A DNA stretch of 63,388 bases, filler included, from Octopus bimaculoides (Eukaryota), in assembly GCF_001194135.2 (NCBI RefSeq). It is 12 parts of 10 records of this genome, joined end to end, with 100 filler letters (N's around TTAATTAATTAA, not from the genome) between each part and the next. Parts side by side here need not be neighbours in the genome. Positions count along the whole stretch, not along the records: positions 22,950 to 28,204 come from NC_068986.1; positions 28,305 to 37,177 come from NC_068989.1; 10 more parts are not named here. One strand, written 5' to 3'. How positions within the stretch are numbered: position 1 is the stretch's first letter; each line of letters starts with the position of its first letter. Of the stretch, positions 24,020 to 36,830 are shown in pieces. A program made the translations under genes and the position numbers. Below the pieces are notes generated by a model that was not told where the DNA came from, did not search any database, and saw nothing but the letters and a program-made list of their open reading frames with translations.

Positions 24020-24790
24020 TGACTGCTTGTTGTTGTCCACATCCTGGCAATGACAATACACTATTCACTGCTTTATACATAATATTTAGAATTATGTACA
24101 AAAGCCAGGAAAGTGAACAGTGTATGAATCATGATATACATGTGTGCATGCGTATTGAGGCGGGATATTAGGTATAGTGTTAGCGAATTCCAGGGAACAT
24201 GGAGGTTTTAAAGAATGCAATGTCTCGGCAACTAACAACTGATGCAGGTAGTTTGTTCCATGCTTCAGCAACTCTGAGTGTAAAAAAAATGTTTCTGGAA
24301 GCCATGGGTGCTTTGTTGTTTTCTGACTTTGTAGGCATGCCCACGTGTGTTAGACACATGGAGTTCAAAAGGGTTCTCAAGGTGGTTGTTGGCACGATGG
24401 TTGATAATTATGTGGGTGTTTACCAACTCAGTTGCCAGACGTCGGAGCTTCAATGTATCTATGCCCAGAGAAGCAAGGCGTTCAGAGTATGATAGATGCC
24501 TTATGGAGGGTATTTGCTTGGTTTCACGTCTCTGAACAGTTTCCAGGAGGTAACTATCCTGAGCAAGATAGGGGCTCCAGACTGGTGATGCAAATTCCAA
24601 GTGTGGCCGCACCATAGCCATATACAGCCTTAAATAGATAGCTGGAAAGCGGCTGACAAAGGTCTTTCTGAGTGATGCCAAGACACCCTCGGCCTTCTTA
24701 ACAATTTTAGAGATGTGCTTTGTCCAACGCACATCGCTGCTGACAGTAATGCTCGGGTCACGTTCACAAGAAGACTAGTTGATATTAGTG
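24020..24790 (-). mobile_element. 5'-truncated CR1-group LINE (RT C-terminus plus 3' UTR)
   Basis: ORF 24265-24732 has VRPHLEFASPVWSPY..LETVQRR..LSYSERL..LRRL..NTRGH. Frameshifted continuation FFTLRVAEAWNKLP. Confidence 0.92.
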
Positions 24791-25730
24791 TTATGGAGAG
24801 AGAAATTGTTAAGAACTAATCCACAGGGGGCGGGACGCTGGACATGTCGAAGGAGGCATTAGGTTTTAGGGGACGATGAGATAACATAATTAACGTACTG
24901 AGTTTTACCTATAGAAGTAATTATATTAAACATAATAAAACTTGTAATGGTTATTACAAGGAACAGAGAAGTCATTAACTTGTAATGTATAAATTAAATT
25001 TACAACTTTGGTCCTTATTAATTTTCTATCATTTTACCGTTTAAAAGCTTATACAATCCATTTTTAGAGCAAAATGTATAAATTATCATCCATATTAAGT
25101 TAGTTTAGTCATGATACTTCACTCACCACTTAGGTGGGCGCTAAGCATAACAACTACATTAAGGAGGGCGCAACAAAAAAAGTTAAGAACCACTGCACTA
25201 GACTCTTAAACTGTTTGCACTCCAAATAAAAATAACATATTGATAAATAATACTATATTGCATTCATTTTATGTAATTTAAATCTCTTGATCTATCTTTG
25301 ATTTCTTAAATGTTGTAAACGTTATTCAGAGAATGATGTATGAGGCTTAAACCACATAATGTGATATATGACTGTGATAAAGAACGAGTATGACAACAGC
25401 ATATAGAAAATTTTTGATGTAAAATTATGTGTGCTGTAAAGTTTAAGTTCATATTTTTCTGTGGATGTTTTAACAGCTATGAATTGACTACTCAGTAATT
25501 ACGTTTCAACATCATTCTGGCAGAGAATTCAGAAAATGGTGTTTTTAGAGAATACTTAGACAATCAGAAAAATTGCATTCTATAAGGTGTGTGGGTGGGA
25601 GGATAACCAAACTAAAGTGAATTACACACTTTCATAAACTACTCAATACATACCTAAATATTTTAATATATTTTAAAATTGAAGTAATGTATGTATGCAT
25701 GTATGTATGTATGTATTTATGTATGTATGT

Positions 25731-25961
25731 TATTTCTTTACTGCCCACAAGGGGCTACACACAGAGGGGACAAACAAGGACAGACAAACGGATTAAGTCG
25801 ATTACATCGACCCCAGTGCGTAACTAGTACTTATTTAATTGATCCCGAAAGGATGAAAGGCAAAGTCGACCTCGGCGGAATTTGAACTCAGAACGTAGCG
25901 GCAGACGAAATACCGCTAAGCATTTCGCCCGGCGCGCTAACGTTTCTGCCAGCTCGCCGCC
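25731..25961 (-). mobile_element. tRNA-derived SINE family B (Nin/Deu-like domain)
   Basis: Minus strand GGCGGCGAGCTGGCAGAAACGTTAGC..GAGTTCAAATTCC..GCCTTTCATCCTTTCGGGATCAATTAAATAAGTACTAG. Confidence 0.9.
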
Positions 25962-25974
25962 TTATGTATGTATG

Positions 25975-26010
<36 letters not shown>

Positions 26011-26152
26011 TGTATGTGTATGTATGTATGTATGCATGTATGTATGTATGTGCTTGTGTGTATGTATGTAGGTATGTGTCTGTATATACCTACATATACA
26101 TATCATTAATTCCAGAATGGTGCAATATATGTTGTTGTTGGCACTCCGTCAC

Positions 26153-26253
<101 letters not shown>

Positions 26254-26372
26254 TATATATGTATGTATCATATATACATACATACACATACATAATGTAT
26301 GTACGAATATATGTATCTACACACATCCACACATATATACATAGATATGGTCTATAAATAAAAGTGCGTGCA

Positions 26373-26404
<32 letters not shown>

Positions 26405-26599
26405 TACGCGCATGCATGCGTGTGTGCGTGCATGAATGTGCTTATATTTGTATGTGTAATTTAAGTGATGTCCTACAACTTGTTCCACTTCTGTGACGCA
26501 AATACCGCAAATATTAATCACGTGACTTAGCATTTTATAATACTGATGAGTAATTTCAAACAAAAGAAATGTTTTTGCTTTGGGTTTTTTTTTTCTTTT

Positions 26600-26920
26600 C
26601 ATCTTTAATGCTTTGGAAAAATGGTCGGAATATTGACTTTATTACATATTTAGACTTGTCTGTTACATTTGTCCCGATAAATCATATCGCGCTGCTTAGA
26701 AAATATTCAGCTTTTGTATATAAAACTGCTCGACTACGTAAAGTATTCACTGACGTTAATTCACTTCCAGCAAAATATAATTCGATAGAAAAACAGCAGT
26801 TGACAGCAATACAATTATTACAAAAGCATTCCACAGAAGAAACTAGAATGCCAATTGAAGATCTACTAATAGAAAAACACAACCCTAAATTGAACACAGA
26901 TATGTCACACGTATAAAAAA
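26600..26920 (+). mobile_element. Possible PLE GIY-YIG C-terminal fragment
   Basis: Peptide ends ...RMPIEDLLIEKHNPKLN, like the E...I....P.LN end of PLE endonucleases. Confidence 0.45.
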
Positions 26921-27372
26921 AACCGTTATGATACCAGGGGTCATCGTTACATAATTTTAAGTCTAAATTAAAGTTTTTTTTTCCGTTATGACAGTTTTCA
27001 CAAAACCCCTTTGCGATTTATTTAAGAACGTGCGGACTACATGCTATTATAAGAAATAATTTTGAAATTACTTGATACGTGAGCTGAATGGATTTAGGAT
27101 TTAGGTTGTACTTCCGAAAGAAACATAAAGGACTAATAACGAAGTATGAAACGCAATATTCCTTAATTCCAAAAATCAAACTTGAACATAGTGATGTTTT
27201 TAACATACCAATGTTTGGAAGAAAAGGTGTTTTCTGTTTACATAGACACGCAGGCACACAGACTTACACGTTCTTATACATACATACATACATACATACA
27301 TACATACATACATTCATACATTCATACATACATACATACATACATACATACATACATACATACATACATACA

Positions 27373-27710
27373 TGTTGTTGGCACTCCGTCGCTTACGACG
27401 TCGAGGGTTCCAGTTGATCCGATCAACGGAACAGCCTGCTCGTGATATTAACGTGCAAGTGGCTGAGCACTCCACAGACACGTGTACCCTTAACATAGTT
27501 CTCGGGGATATTCAGCGTGACACAGTGTGACAAGGCTGGCTCTTTGAATTACAGGCACAACAGAAACAGGAAGTAAGAGTGAGAGAAAGTTGTGNNNNNN
27601 NNNNNNNNNNNNNNNNNNNNNNNNNNNNNNNNNNNNNNNNNNNNNNNNNNNNNNNNNNATCCTATGACCGCGAATCCGCTGCCCTAACCACTGGACCATT
27701 GCGCCTCCAC
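27373..27710 (-). mobile_element. tRNA-derived SINE family C
   Basis: Minus head GTGGAGGCGCAATGGTCCAGTGGTTAGGGCAGCGG. Tail TGTTGTTGGCACTCCGTCGCTTACGACG is shared with 44628-44962. Confidence 0.9.
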
Positions 27711-29202
27711 CACATACATACATACATACATACATACATACATACATACATACATACATACATACATACACATTACATACTGACAGAGACAAAGACAGAA
27801 AGACAGTCAGACATACATGCATATTTACATACAGAGACATACATGTCTACCATGAAGTACTGTGAGGAAGACCACCGCACCAGCTAGCATCACCAGCACA
27901 CTAGCCGCTCCCTCATTACACATTCTTTAAGATCGGGGAACCAGTTAGGGGCCCGCTGGATCTCTCTCGGCATACCAGCAAACCACAAAATCGCACCAGC
28001 CAGCATCACCACTACCTCCAAGCCCGTCATATAGGTGGGGGTGGGGTGAAGAGGTCCATAGTATTCGTGTAAGCACACCGGTCCGTACATGCGCCTATAT
28101 GTATATACTCATCCACCCTCTTAATGACGGTCAACCACACAGTAATTTCCGTTTGTTTAACGGTCATTTTCATAGGAATTTTCAATGGCCAGATAACTGA
28201 AGAGNNNNNNNNNNNNNNNNNNNNNNNNNNNNNNNNNNNNNNNNNNNNTTAATTAATTAANNNNNNNNNNNNNNNNNNNNNNNNNNNNNNNNNNNNNNNN
28301 NNNNATATATATACATATATATATGCATATGTATATATGTGTGTGTATATGTATGCTTATACATACATATATATATATGCATACATACACATACATACAT
28401 ATAGACACCCACATACATATATACATACACATAATACATATTTACTTACAGGCACACACACACACATATATATACACATACATACGTATATATACATATA
28501 TATATATACATATATACATATATACATGCATACATACATATATACATACATACATACATACATATATGCATACACACATACACACATACATACATACATA
28601 CATACATACATACATACATACATACATGTGTGCTTGTATGCGTGTGTGTGTGTAGGTACGTTTGCATTGTATTCTAATTCGTCGAATTTTTCCATATAAA
28701 TAATTGGAACGAAAAATGTTTAAAATTATTCCTTAATTCAAAGAAATTTGCTTGAAATTTGCAGAAGTTTCTTTTGCTTCTTTTCCGTTTTTAGCTAATT
28801 ATGAAAAATGATGCCCAGCAAACAGGTCCCTCCCAACGGTCCCGCCATACATTTTATACAGAGTGCTTTGCCAAACATGATCTACAATACAACCTAAATA
28901 GTCTTCATTAATGATAAAGTAAAATAATTCTTAAATGTATTATTTCTCAGTTTTTCTGACTCTTTATGGCTTGTTTTCATGTAAGCGACTTAAAATACTC
29001 GCAGAAAATATAAACCGTTTAAATCAGGAGAACGGAACGTTTATTGTTTTGAAATACAATTATCAAAAGCCTTATTTAGAAGTTATTGATTATCATGTTT
29101 GAAAGCTGCTGGAACTAGTTGTTGTCAATAGACATTTTAGTAGGCGAGTTTATGTGTTTGAGTTTACGTTTTACAGGGTGTTCAAAATGTCTCTCTCTGC
29201 AG

Positions 29203-29480
29203 TTGCTGTGTGGTAAGTAGCTTGCTTACCAACCACATGGTTCTGCGTTCAGTCCCACTGCGTGGCACCTTCGGCATGTGTCTTCTACTATAGCCTCGGG
29301 CCGACCAATGCCTTGTGAGTGGATTTGGTAGACGGAAACTGAAAGAAGCCCGTCGTATATATGTATGCGCATGTATATGTTTATGTGTTTGTGTTTGTCG
29401 CCCCAACATCGCTTGACAACCGATGCTGGTGTGTTTAGGTCCCCGTAACTTAGCGTTTCGGCAAAAGAGAACCGATAGAA
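29203..29480 (+). mobile_element. SINE family A, 3'-truncated
   Basis: Head, core and body match. Tail absent. Confidence 0.88.
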
Positions 29481-29922
29481 CTCTTGCACATCGAAGTGAT
29501 CGTTACTAAAGTCTCGTACCAAGCTAAGAAAATAGTTGGAAGCAATCAAATTTAAAATTAGATGGTTTCTCCTCAAGTAGTTATGCAGATGTATGAATGG
29601 ATTACATAGTAAGTGAAAAATATGCCGTGGCATGGCAGTTCAATGTAATAGCAGTCACAATAGAATGACTAAGACCTTAAATGAAGTAGGATGTCAAGAC
29701 ACAATCCAATAAACAGTTTCGATTCCTGATTTGTATCGTTTGGTTTGTGTTGCTAATACTTTCGGAAATGAAACCATATCGCAACTTCCGTTTCTCGTTT
29801 TCTGCAACTAGTAATGGCAAATCACTTATTGATTACGAAAATCCTGACAATGAAAATTCAGTCACTGACTAGTAAAGATACTTTACTCTAAGTATCTTTG
29901 GTACTTGCCAATCTGCAAGACA

Positions 29923-30576
29923 ATATATTTTCTACTTTAGTCACAAGGCCCGAAATTTTGGGATAGGGGGCCAGTCGATTAGATCGACCCCAGTATACAA
30001 CTGCTACTTATTTTATCGACACCAAAAGAATGAAAGACAAAGTCAACCTCGGCAGAATTTGAAATCAGAACGTAAAGAAAGACGAAATACCGCTAAGAAT
30101 TTCGCCCGGCATTCTAACGTTTCTTATTTCTTTATTGCCCACAAGGAGCTAAACATAAAGGGGACAAACAAGGACAGACAAAGGGATTAATTCGATTACA
30201 TCGACCCCAGTGCGTAACTGGTACTTAATTTATCGACCCCGAAACGATGAAAGACAAAGTCGACCTCGGCGGAATTTGAACTCAGAGCGTAGCGGCAGAC
30301 GAAATACCGCTAAGCATTTCGCCTGGCGTGCTAACGTTTCTGCCAGCTCGCCGCCTTAGGAAAGTAATATATTCTTTTCTACACTAGGCATAAGGCCCGC
30401 AAATTTCGGGGAGTGGGGGCGCAGTCGATTAGATCGACACCAGTACGAAACAGCTACTTAATTTATCAACCCCGAAAGGATGAAAGGCAAAGTCGACCTC
30501 GGCAGAATTTGAATTCAGAACATAATACCGCTAGGAATTTCGCCCGGCGTGCTAACGTTTCTGTTAGCTCGCCGCC
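29923..30576 (-). mobile_element. Head-to-tail array of three family B SINEs
   Basis: Units at about 29923-30124, 30125-30356 and 30367-30576, with two different tail types. Confidence 0.9.
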
Positions 30577-30679
30577 TTGAAAACAATATAATCAAAAATG
30601 AAATCACTACTCTAAGCTGCATTTTAACCTTTCTCACTAAGTGAGAGTTACCCTCTTTTGTACATTATATTTGTTCTAG

Positions 30680-30983
30680 TTGTCGGTTTGCGGCCATGCT
30701 GTAGCATCGTCTGCCTTAAAGTGTTTCGTTGAACAAATATATTCTAGTACTTATTTTGTCTAACTATTTTGTTAGACACTTTTGTTACAATGATAACTTA
30801 CGCGGACGTAAACATGCAAACACCAAATCTTAAGCACTGGAGAATGTTACACAAATACAAATAACAAGACATAACAACAGGTGTCTTTCGACTAAGGACA
30901 AATTAAATTAAACTGGCGTGTGTCCCTTTTTTATACCCCCTAACTGTCTGGATTTTTGCGTTCTTGTCCCATTNNNNNNNNNN

Positions 30984-31016
<33 letters not shown>

Positions 31017-31165
31017 CGACGAGCTTCCACTCAATTTCCTTCTACCAAATTTACTCTCAAGGCATTTGTCAGCCAGCCGTTACGTTAGAGGAAACTAACC
31101 TAAAGGGCGATGCAGTGGGGCTGGATCTGTCCGAGATCACCGGGTTACGAAGCGAGCTTCTTAAC
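30680..31165 (-). mobile_element. SINE family A, highly degenerate
   Basis: GCGGCCATGCTGTAGCATCG tail and CTACCAAATTTACTCTCAAGGC body remnants. Confidence 0.55.
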
Positions 31166-33031
31166 TATACAAACATACCTGCCTATGTATTGAACAAACA
31201 GACACTCAGGTGTGGGTGTGTGTGGCTAGAAGCTTATTTCCGAACCTCTTGTTTCTGTGTTCAATCCCACTGCGTGGCAGCCTGGATTTGTGTCTTCTAC
31301 TATGGGGTAAGGCTGACTATCATTTCACAAGATCATACTTTTATGAACGTCCAATATTCGGTAATAGTAATTATCATCAAACGGCATATATTAATAGGCT
31401 GTTGTTTTGGAAACAATAGCTGGAGGAAAATCATCGTTATTAACGTAAGAAAACTATCCTTCATTGGTATGATATTTAAATCCTATGAAAAAAAGAGGAT
31501 CATTCAATTGCCATTGGTGAATTTGAACGATTTTCATGGAGTGGAACGTAGCATGTGACAACAGACCCTATTTAGCAATCTCTCATTCTGTTTCTTTTTC
31601 TTTCGGTCTACCTTTCACACACACATACACGCGTGCCGGCGCATAAGCACATGCACATATACCCACGCACGCTCTCTCCTTTCAGAAATTATGTCAAAAT
31701 TCAATTATCTCTTCTACAGTTATCTTTCCTTTTTGTCGATCTTTACTTTGAAGGTATGCACTCGCCGTTTTCAAAGTAATACCCACAGTTCCACATAGAT
31801 AACATCTGACTACTTTTCTTGTATATCCTCGTTTATTTTCCACTAAAAAGGCCTCATCTAAATACTCTGTCAAAGCGTGTCACCAGATAGGTTATCGGAG
31901 AAACAAATAACACGCTCACCCCAAAGACATTCTGAGAACATGAATACAATCCCGAATCTATTCACCAACCCCTCAATACTAGCAAAAATATATCCAAAGA
32001 ACAAATATGCACAAACCTGTATGCTAGCTAATTGCGATTTTTAAAAAAACCCTCAAAAAAGCAAGACATGCAACTGAAACGGAATTTGTTCATTGAAAAT
32101 GATTCGCTAAACTATTTCTGTTGAACCATCATGGATATAGACTGCATACATCTTTCACATAAAGCAACGCGCTCGCACACTCACACGACCATGTGAGTAT
32201 GTGTTTATATAATGTCGTGTGTTTTATATATGCATGTATATATTTGTTTACGTATGTGCGTTTAAGTATGTAGTTTACTTTTATCTATTAATCATCGTAG
32301 CTGAGTATACCTGCCTGCTTAACTACATTCTTGTATGTTTGGGTATGCGCCTGTATCATTATGTTTAATGTAAAGAATGTGTACACACGTACGTACGTAT
32401 GTACACCCACTATACACGTATGTGTGTGCATATATATGTATATAAATATANNNNNNNNNNNNNNNNNNNNNNNNNNNNNNNNNNNNNNNNNNNNNNNNNN
32501 NNNNNNNNNNNNNNNNNNNNNNNNNNNNNNNNNNNNNNNNNNNNNNNNNNNNNNNNNNNNNNNNNNNNNNNNNNNNNNNNNNNNNNNNNNNNNNNNNNNN
32601 NNNNNNNNNNNNNNNNNNNNNNNNNNNNNNNNNNNNNNNNNNNNNNNNNNNNNNNNNNNNNNNNNNNNNNNNNNNNNNNNNNNNNNNNNNNNNNNNNNNN
32701 NNNNNNNNNNNNNNNNNNNNNNNNNNNNNNNNNNNNNNNNNNNNNNNNNNNNNNNNNNNNNNNNNNNNNNNNNNNNNNNNNNNNNNNNNNNNNNNNNNNN
32801 NNNNNNNNNNNNNNNNNNNNNNNNNNNNNNNNNNNNNNNNNNNNNNNNNNNNNNNNNNNNNNNNNNNNNNNNNNNNNNNNNNNNNNNNNNNNNNNNNNNN
32901 NNNNNNNNNNNNNNNNNNNNNNNNNNNNNNNNNNNNNNNNNNNNNNNNNNNNNNNNNNNNNNNNNNNNNNNNNNNNNNNNNNNNNNNNNNNNNNNNNNNN
33001 NNNNNNNNNNNNNNNNNNNNNNNNNNNNNNN

Positions 33032-33106
<75 letters not shown>

Positions 33107-34117
33107 CTCTCACAAAGGTTCCCACAATCTAAGTCGCTGCAATTATTATTTTCGTTTTTCTTTCTTTCTTTCATTCGTCCATGAATTCGTATTTTCTCTC
33201 AGGAATTTCTTCCTTATTCTAATTGTTGTCCTCTATCTCAATTTCATTTTTTTTCCTTATCTTCTCAAATTTTACTATTTTAAAACTATTTTGTCGCTGA
33301 AATCCTCCATTTATATCCTTTTTCTCCCAGCCTCTCTAATATGTATATGCACTTTATCCAAAATTTCATCCCAAACTCCTATTCTTCCTGTTTTTCTTTT
33401 TTTCGTTTTTTTTTCTGTCAATTCTCGTCACTGTTTCCCTTGAAAACAACCTCCCCTACTTCTGTGTCTCATTCCATCTCTGTTCGCCCCTCTCTTTCAG
33501 AATGGTTTCCATACCATTCTTTCTCCTCAGTCCTTCACATCGTTTTGAACATTAAATAATAGACTAAATTTTCACGTCTTTAGGAAATCAATTCAAAATG
33601 GAATCTTTTTTCATACTCTATAAATATTTTCGGCCATTTTATATTTTATGTGGTTATTTTACTATCTTCTTCTTTATTTAACGTCACAACAAAAAATAGC
33701 AACAACAATAATAATAAAATAATAATAAAATAATAATTATTATCATTTATTTTAATTTGTTTCATTTTTGCAATAAACTATTTGCATTCATAACGAAGCT
33801 CTAATTTGTTTCATGAATTTTTCCTTTAATTTTTTTCTCAGTTTTTCTCCCCAAAATAAGTAGCAACAACAACGCTAGCAACATCAGAAACAACTGCGAC
33901 AACAATTATACGAGTTGAAGCAACAACAACAATTAAGAGGGAAAGAAAAATAAGATAAAAACAGTAAGAAAAAAACTAAAATAAATGTAGATTAAGAAAA
34001 TGTTTAAAAAAAAATCTAGCGCCATAAAATAGCTTAAATGGCAAAAAAAAAACAATAACAAAAAAAGAAAACAACATCAATACGATAAAGGAAATAACCA
34101 ACGAATAATATTAACAT

Positions 34118-34290
34118 AGGCGCAGGAGTGGCTGTGTGGTAAGTAGCTTGCTTACCAACCACATGGTTCTGGGTTCATTCCCACTGCGTGGCATCTTGGG
34201 TAAGTGTCTTCTACTATAAGCCTCGGGCCGATCGAAGCCTTGTGAGTGGATTTGGTAGACGGAAACTGAGAGAAGCCCGTCGTATATATG
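34118..34290 (+). mobile_element. SINE family A, 5' half
   Basis: GGCGCAGGAGTGGCTGTGTGGTAAG..GAAGCCCGTCGTATATATG. Confidence 0.9.
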
Positions 34291-34399
34291 TAAAAGTTAC
34301 GCCGGTGACCAATTAGTAATGATCAAAAGTGATTTTGACCCGGTGGAGACCATTGGCTGCGGCCAAAATAGTCTTTCTAGACTTTTTTAAAATGGCCCC

Positions 34400-35682
34400 T
34401 CCCCCNNNNNNNNNNTGCACACGGGATCCCGAATGGCCTCCGCAGATAGCTGTGGAGGTCATAAGAATGTCAGTGTGGGAAAAGCTTAGAATACTTAAAG
34501 AGGATCGTCGCATATGGCTGGTTGAACCTAGCATGACATATACCTCGTACATGAATGAGGCATGGGAAATGGCGGTGTACGGAAACTCAAGCGGCACTGA
34601 AGATAATGATAGATATATTGATGGATATATCGATGAATAGGAGGTGAAAAAGCCTCGTTAAGAAGGTTCGAAACCGCATCTTATTGCACTATTTGCAGTG
34701 GCNNNNNNNNNNNNNNNNNNNNNNNNNNNNNNNNNNNNNNNNNNNNNNNNNNNNNNNNNNNNNNNNNNNNNNNNNNNNNNNNNNNNNNNNNNNNNNNNNN
34801 NNNNNNNNNNNNNNNNNNNNNNNNNNNNNNNNNNNNNNNNNNNNNNNNNNNNNNNNNNNNNNNNNNNNNNNNNNNNNNNNNNNNNNNNNNNNNNNNNNNN
34901 NNNNNNNNNNNNNNNNNNNNNNNNNNNNNNNNNNNNNNNNNNNNNNNNNNNNNNNNNNNNNNNNNNNNNNNNNNNNNNNNNNNNNNNNNNNNNNNNNNNN
35001 NNNNNNNNNNNNNNNNNNNNNNNNNNNNNNNNNNNNNNNNNNNNNNNNNNNNNNNNNNNNNNNNNNNNNNNNNNNNNNNNNNNNNNNNNNNNNNNNNNNN
35101 NNNNNNNNNNNNNNNNNNNNNNNNNNNNNNNNNNNNNNNNNNNNNNNNNNNNNNNNNNNNNNNNNNNNNNNNNNNNNNNNNNNNNNNNNNNNNNNNNNNN
35201 NNNNNNNNNNNNNNNNNNNNNNNNNNNNNNNNNNNNNNNNNNNNNNNNNNNNNNNNNNNNNNNNNNNNNNNNNNNNNNNNNNNNNNNNNNNNNNNNNNNN
35301 NNNNNNNNNNNNNNNNNNNNNNNNNNNNNNNNNNNNNNNNNNNNNNNNNNNNNNNNNNNNNNNNNNNNNNNNNNNNNNNNNNNNNNNNNNNNNNNNNNNN
35401 NNNNNNNNNNNNNNNNNNNNNNNNNNNNNNNNNNNNNNNNNNNNNNNNNNNNNNNNNNNNNNNNNNNNNNNNNNNNNNNNNNNNNNNNNNNNNNNNNNNN
35501 NNNNNNNNNNNNNNNNNNNNNNNNNNNNNNNNNNNNNNNNNNNNNNNNNNNNNNNNNNNNNNNNNNNNNNNNNNNNNNNNNNNNNNNNNNNNNNNNNNNN
35601 NNNNNNNNNNNNNNNNNNNNNNNNNNNNNNNGGAAAAGTCCAAAGAAGAGATGACAGAGAAAGAAAATCGCCAACACGCGGT
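34400..35682 (-). mobile_element. Degenerate repeat homologous to 61000-61870 (probable PLE family), largely gapped
   Basis: Shares GTGGAGGTCA..GAATGTC.GTGTGGG and AGTCCAAAGAAG..AAAATCGCCAAC with the 61.3 kb and 61.8 kb sequence. Confidence 0.5.
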
Positions 35683-35696
35683 TATATATATATATA

Positions 35697-36395
35697 TTGG
35701 GTTATCCCATAAATAATGGGGATTTTTCAATTGCATGGATTAAAAGTGGGAGGGGGACGGGATAAACTACCTGCATAAAGTTGCTATAAAAGCAGGTAGT
35801 AATTTTACTTGTCCTTATTCTTAGTGTAAGTTTTGAAGAGTGCAGTTCGATTTTAACGGTTTTTAAAAAAAAATCTATAATGGAAGTGACAAAGGAGCAT
35901 ATTCGGCATGTTTTGCTTTATGAGTTCAATCAAGGCAAGAACGCGACTGAAAGTGCGAGGAATATTAATGCAGTATATGGGGAATGGACAATAAGTGTAA
36001 GCCAGCGTCAACGGTGGTTCCAGAAATTCCGAGCAAAAAATTACAGCCTACAAAACATACCTCGTCCTGGAAGATATTTAGAGCTCGACGAGGACATCCT
36101 GCAAATCCTGGTGGAACAAAATCCCATCGTTACTGTTGAGGAACTAGCAGAGGGGCTTGGATTTTTGGTCATTCAACCATTTATCGACACCCGTGTGCCA
36201 TCGGAAAAGTCAGGAATTTCGGTAAATGAGTTCCTTACAAACTTTCGGAGCCTAATCACGCGCAGAGTGTGAATATGTGATCTTCTTTGCTGTCACGACT
36301 CACCCATGAACCCTTTTTTGGGACCTAATAGTGACTGGTGACGAGAAATGGGTTCTCTATAAAAATATTAAACGCCGAAGTCAGTTTAAAATTAA
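35697..36395 (+). mobile_element. Mariner transposon, 5' part (transposase pseudogene)
   Basis: TA then TIR TTGGGTTATCCCATAAATAATG. ORF 35880-36272 has HIRHVLLYEF..ARNINAVYG..QRWFQKFR..PRPGR..VEELAE (HTH region). TGDEKW (first catalytic Asp) follows in another frame. Ends in (GAT)n. Confidence 0.95.
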
Positions 36396-36403
36396 CTCGG
36401 GGT

Positions 36404-36480
<77 letters not shown>

Positions 36481-36830
36481 CATCATCATCATCATCATCA
36501 TACATCATCGTTATCGCGTTCGTTTTCGGCAACGCCACCATCGTCGTCGTCTTCGTGAAATCTCCCTATCGCTCCAGTCATCATCATCATAATCATCATC
36601 ACCATCATAATCATCATCATCATCATCATCATGACTAATCATGATCAACTTAACCATCATCATCATCACCATCATCGTCATCATTATCATCATCATCGTC
36701 GTCGTCATCACCATCATCATCACCAACATCATCATCATCACCATCATCATCATAACTATCATCATCATAACAACATCAGAAGCAACAAGAACATCCCATC
36801 ATCATTATCACATAGTCTTTTTATAATGAT
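36404..36830. repeat. (GAT)n/(CAT)n trinucleotide low-complexity tract
   Basis: Directly visible. Confidence 0.95.

Noticed and set aside
25100-25197. Complete hAT MITE ending AAAGTTAAGAACCACTG
   Set aside because: Only one TIR-like end was found, with no partner TIR or TSD.
25900-25961. tRNA genes at SINE heads
   Set aside because: The A/B-box-like heads continue into SINE bodies and I could not fold a complete cloverleaf, so they are treated as tRNA-derived SINEs.
29923-30576. CRISPR-like repeat array
   Set aside because: Units are SINEs of about 200 bp without unique spacers, in a eukaryotic context with no cas genes.
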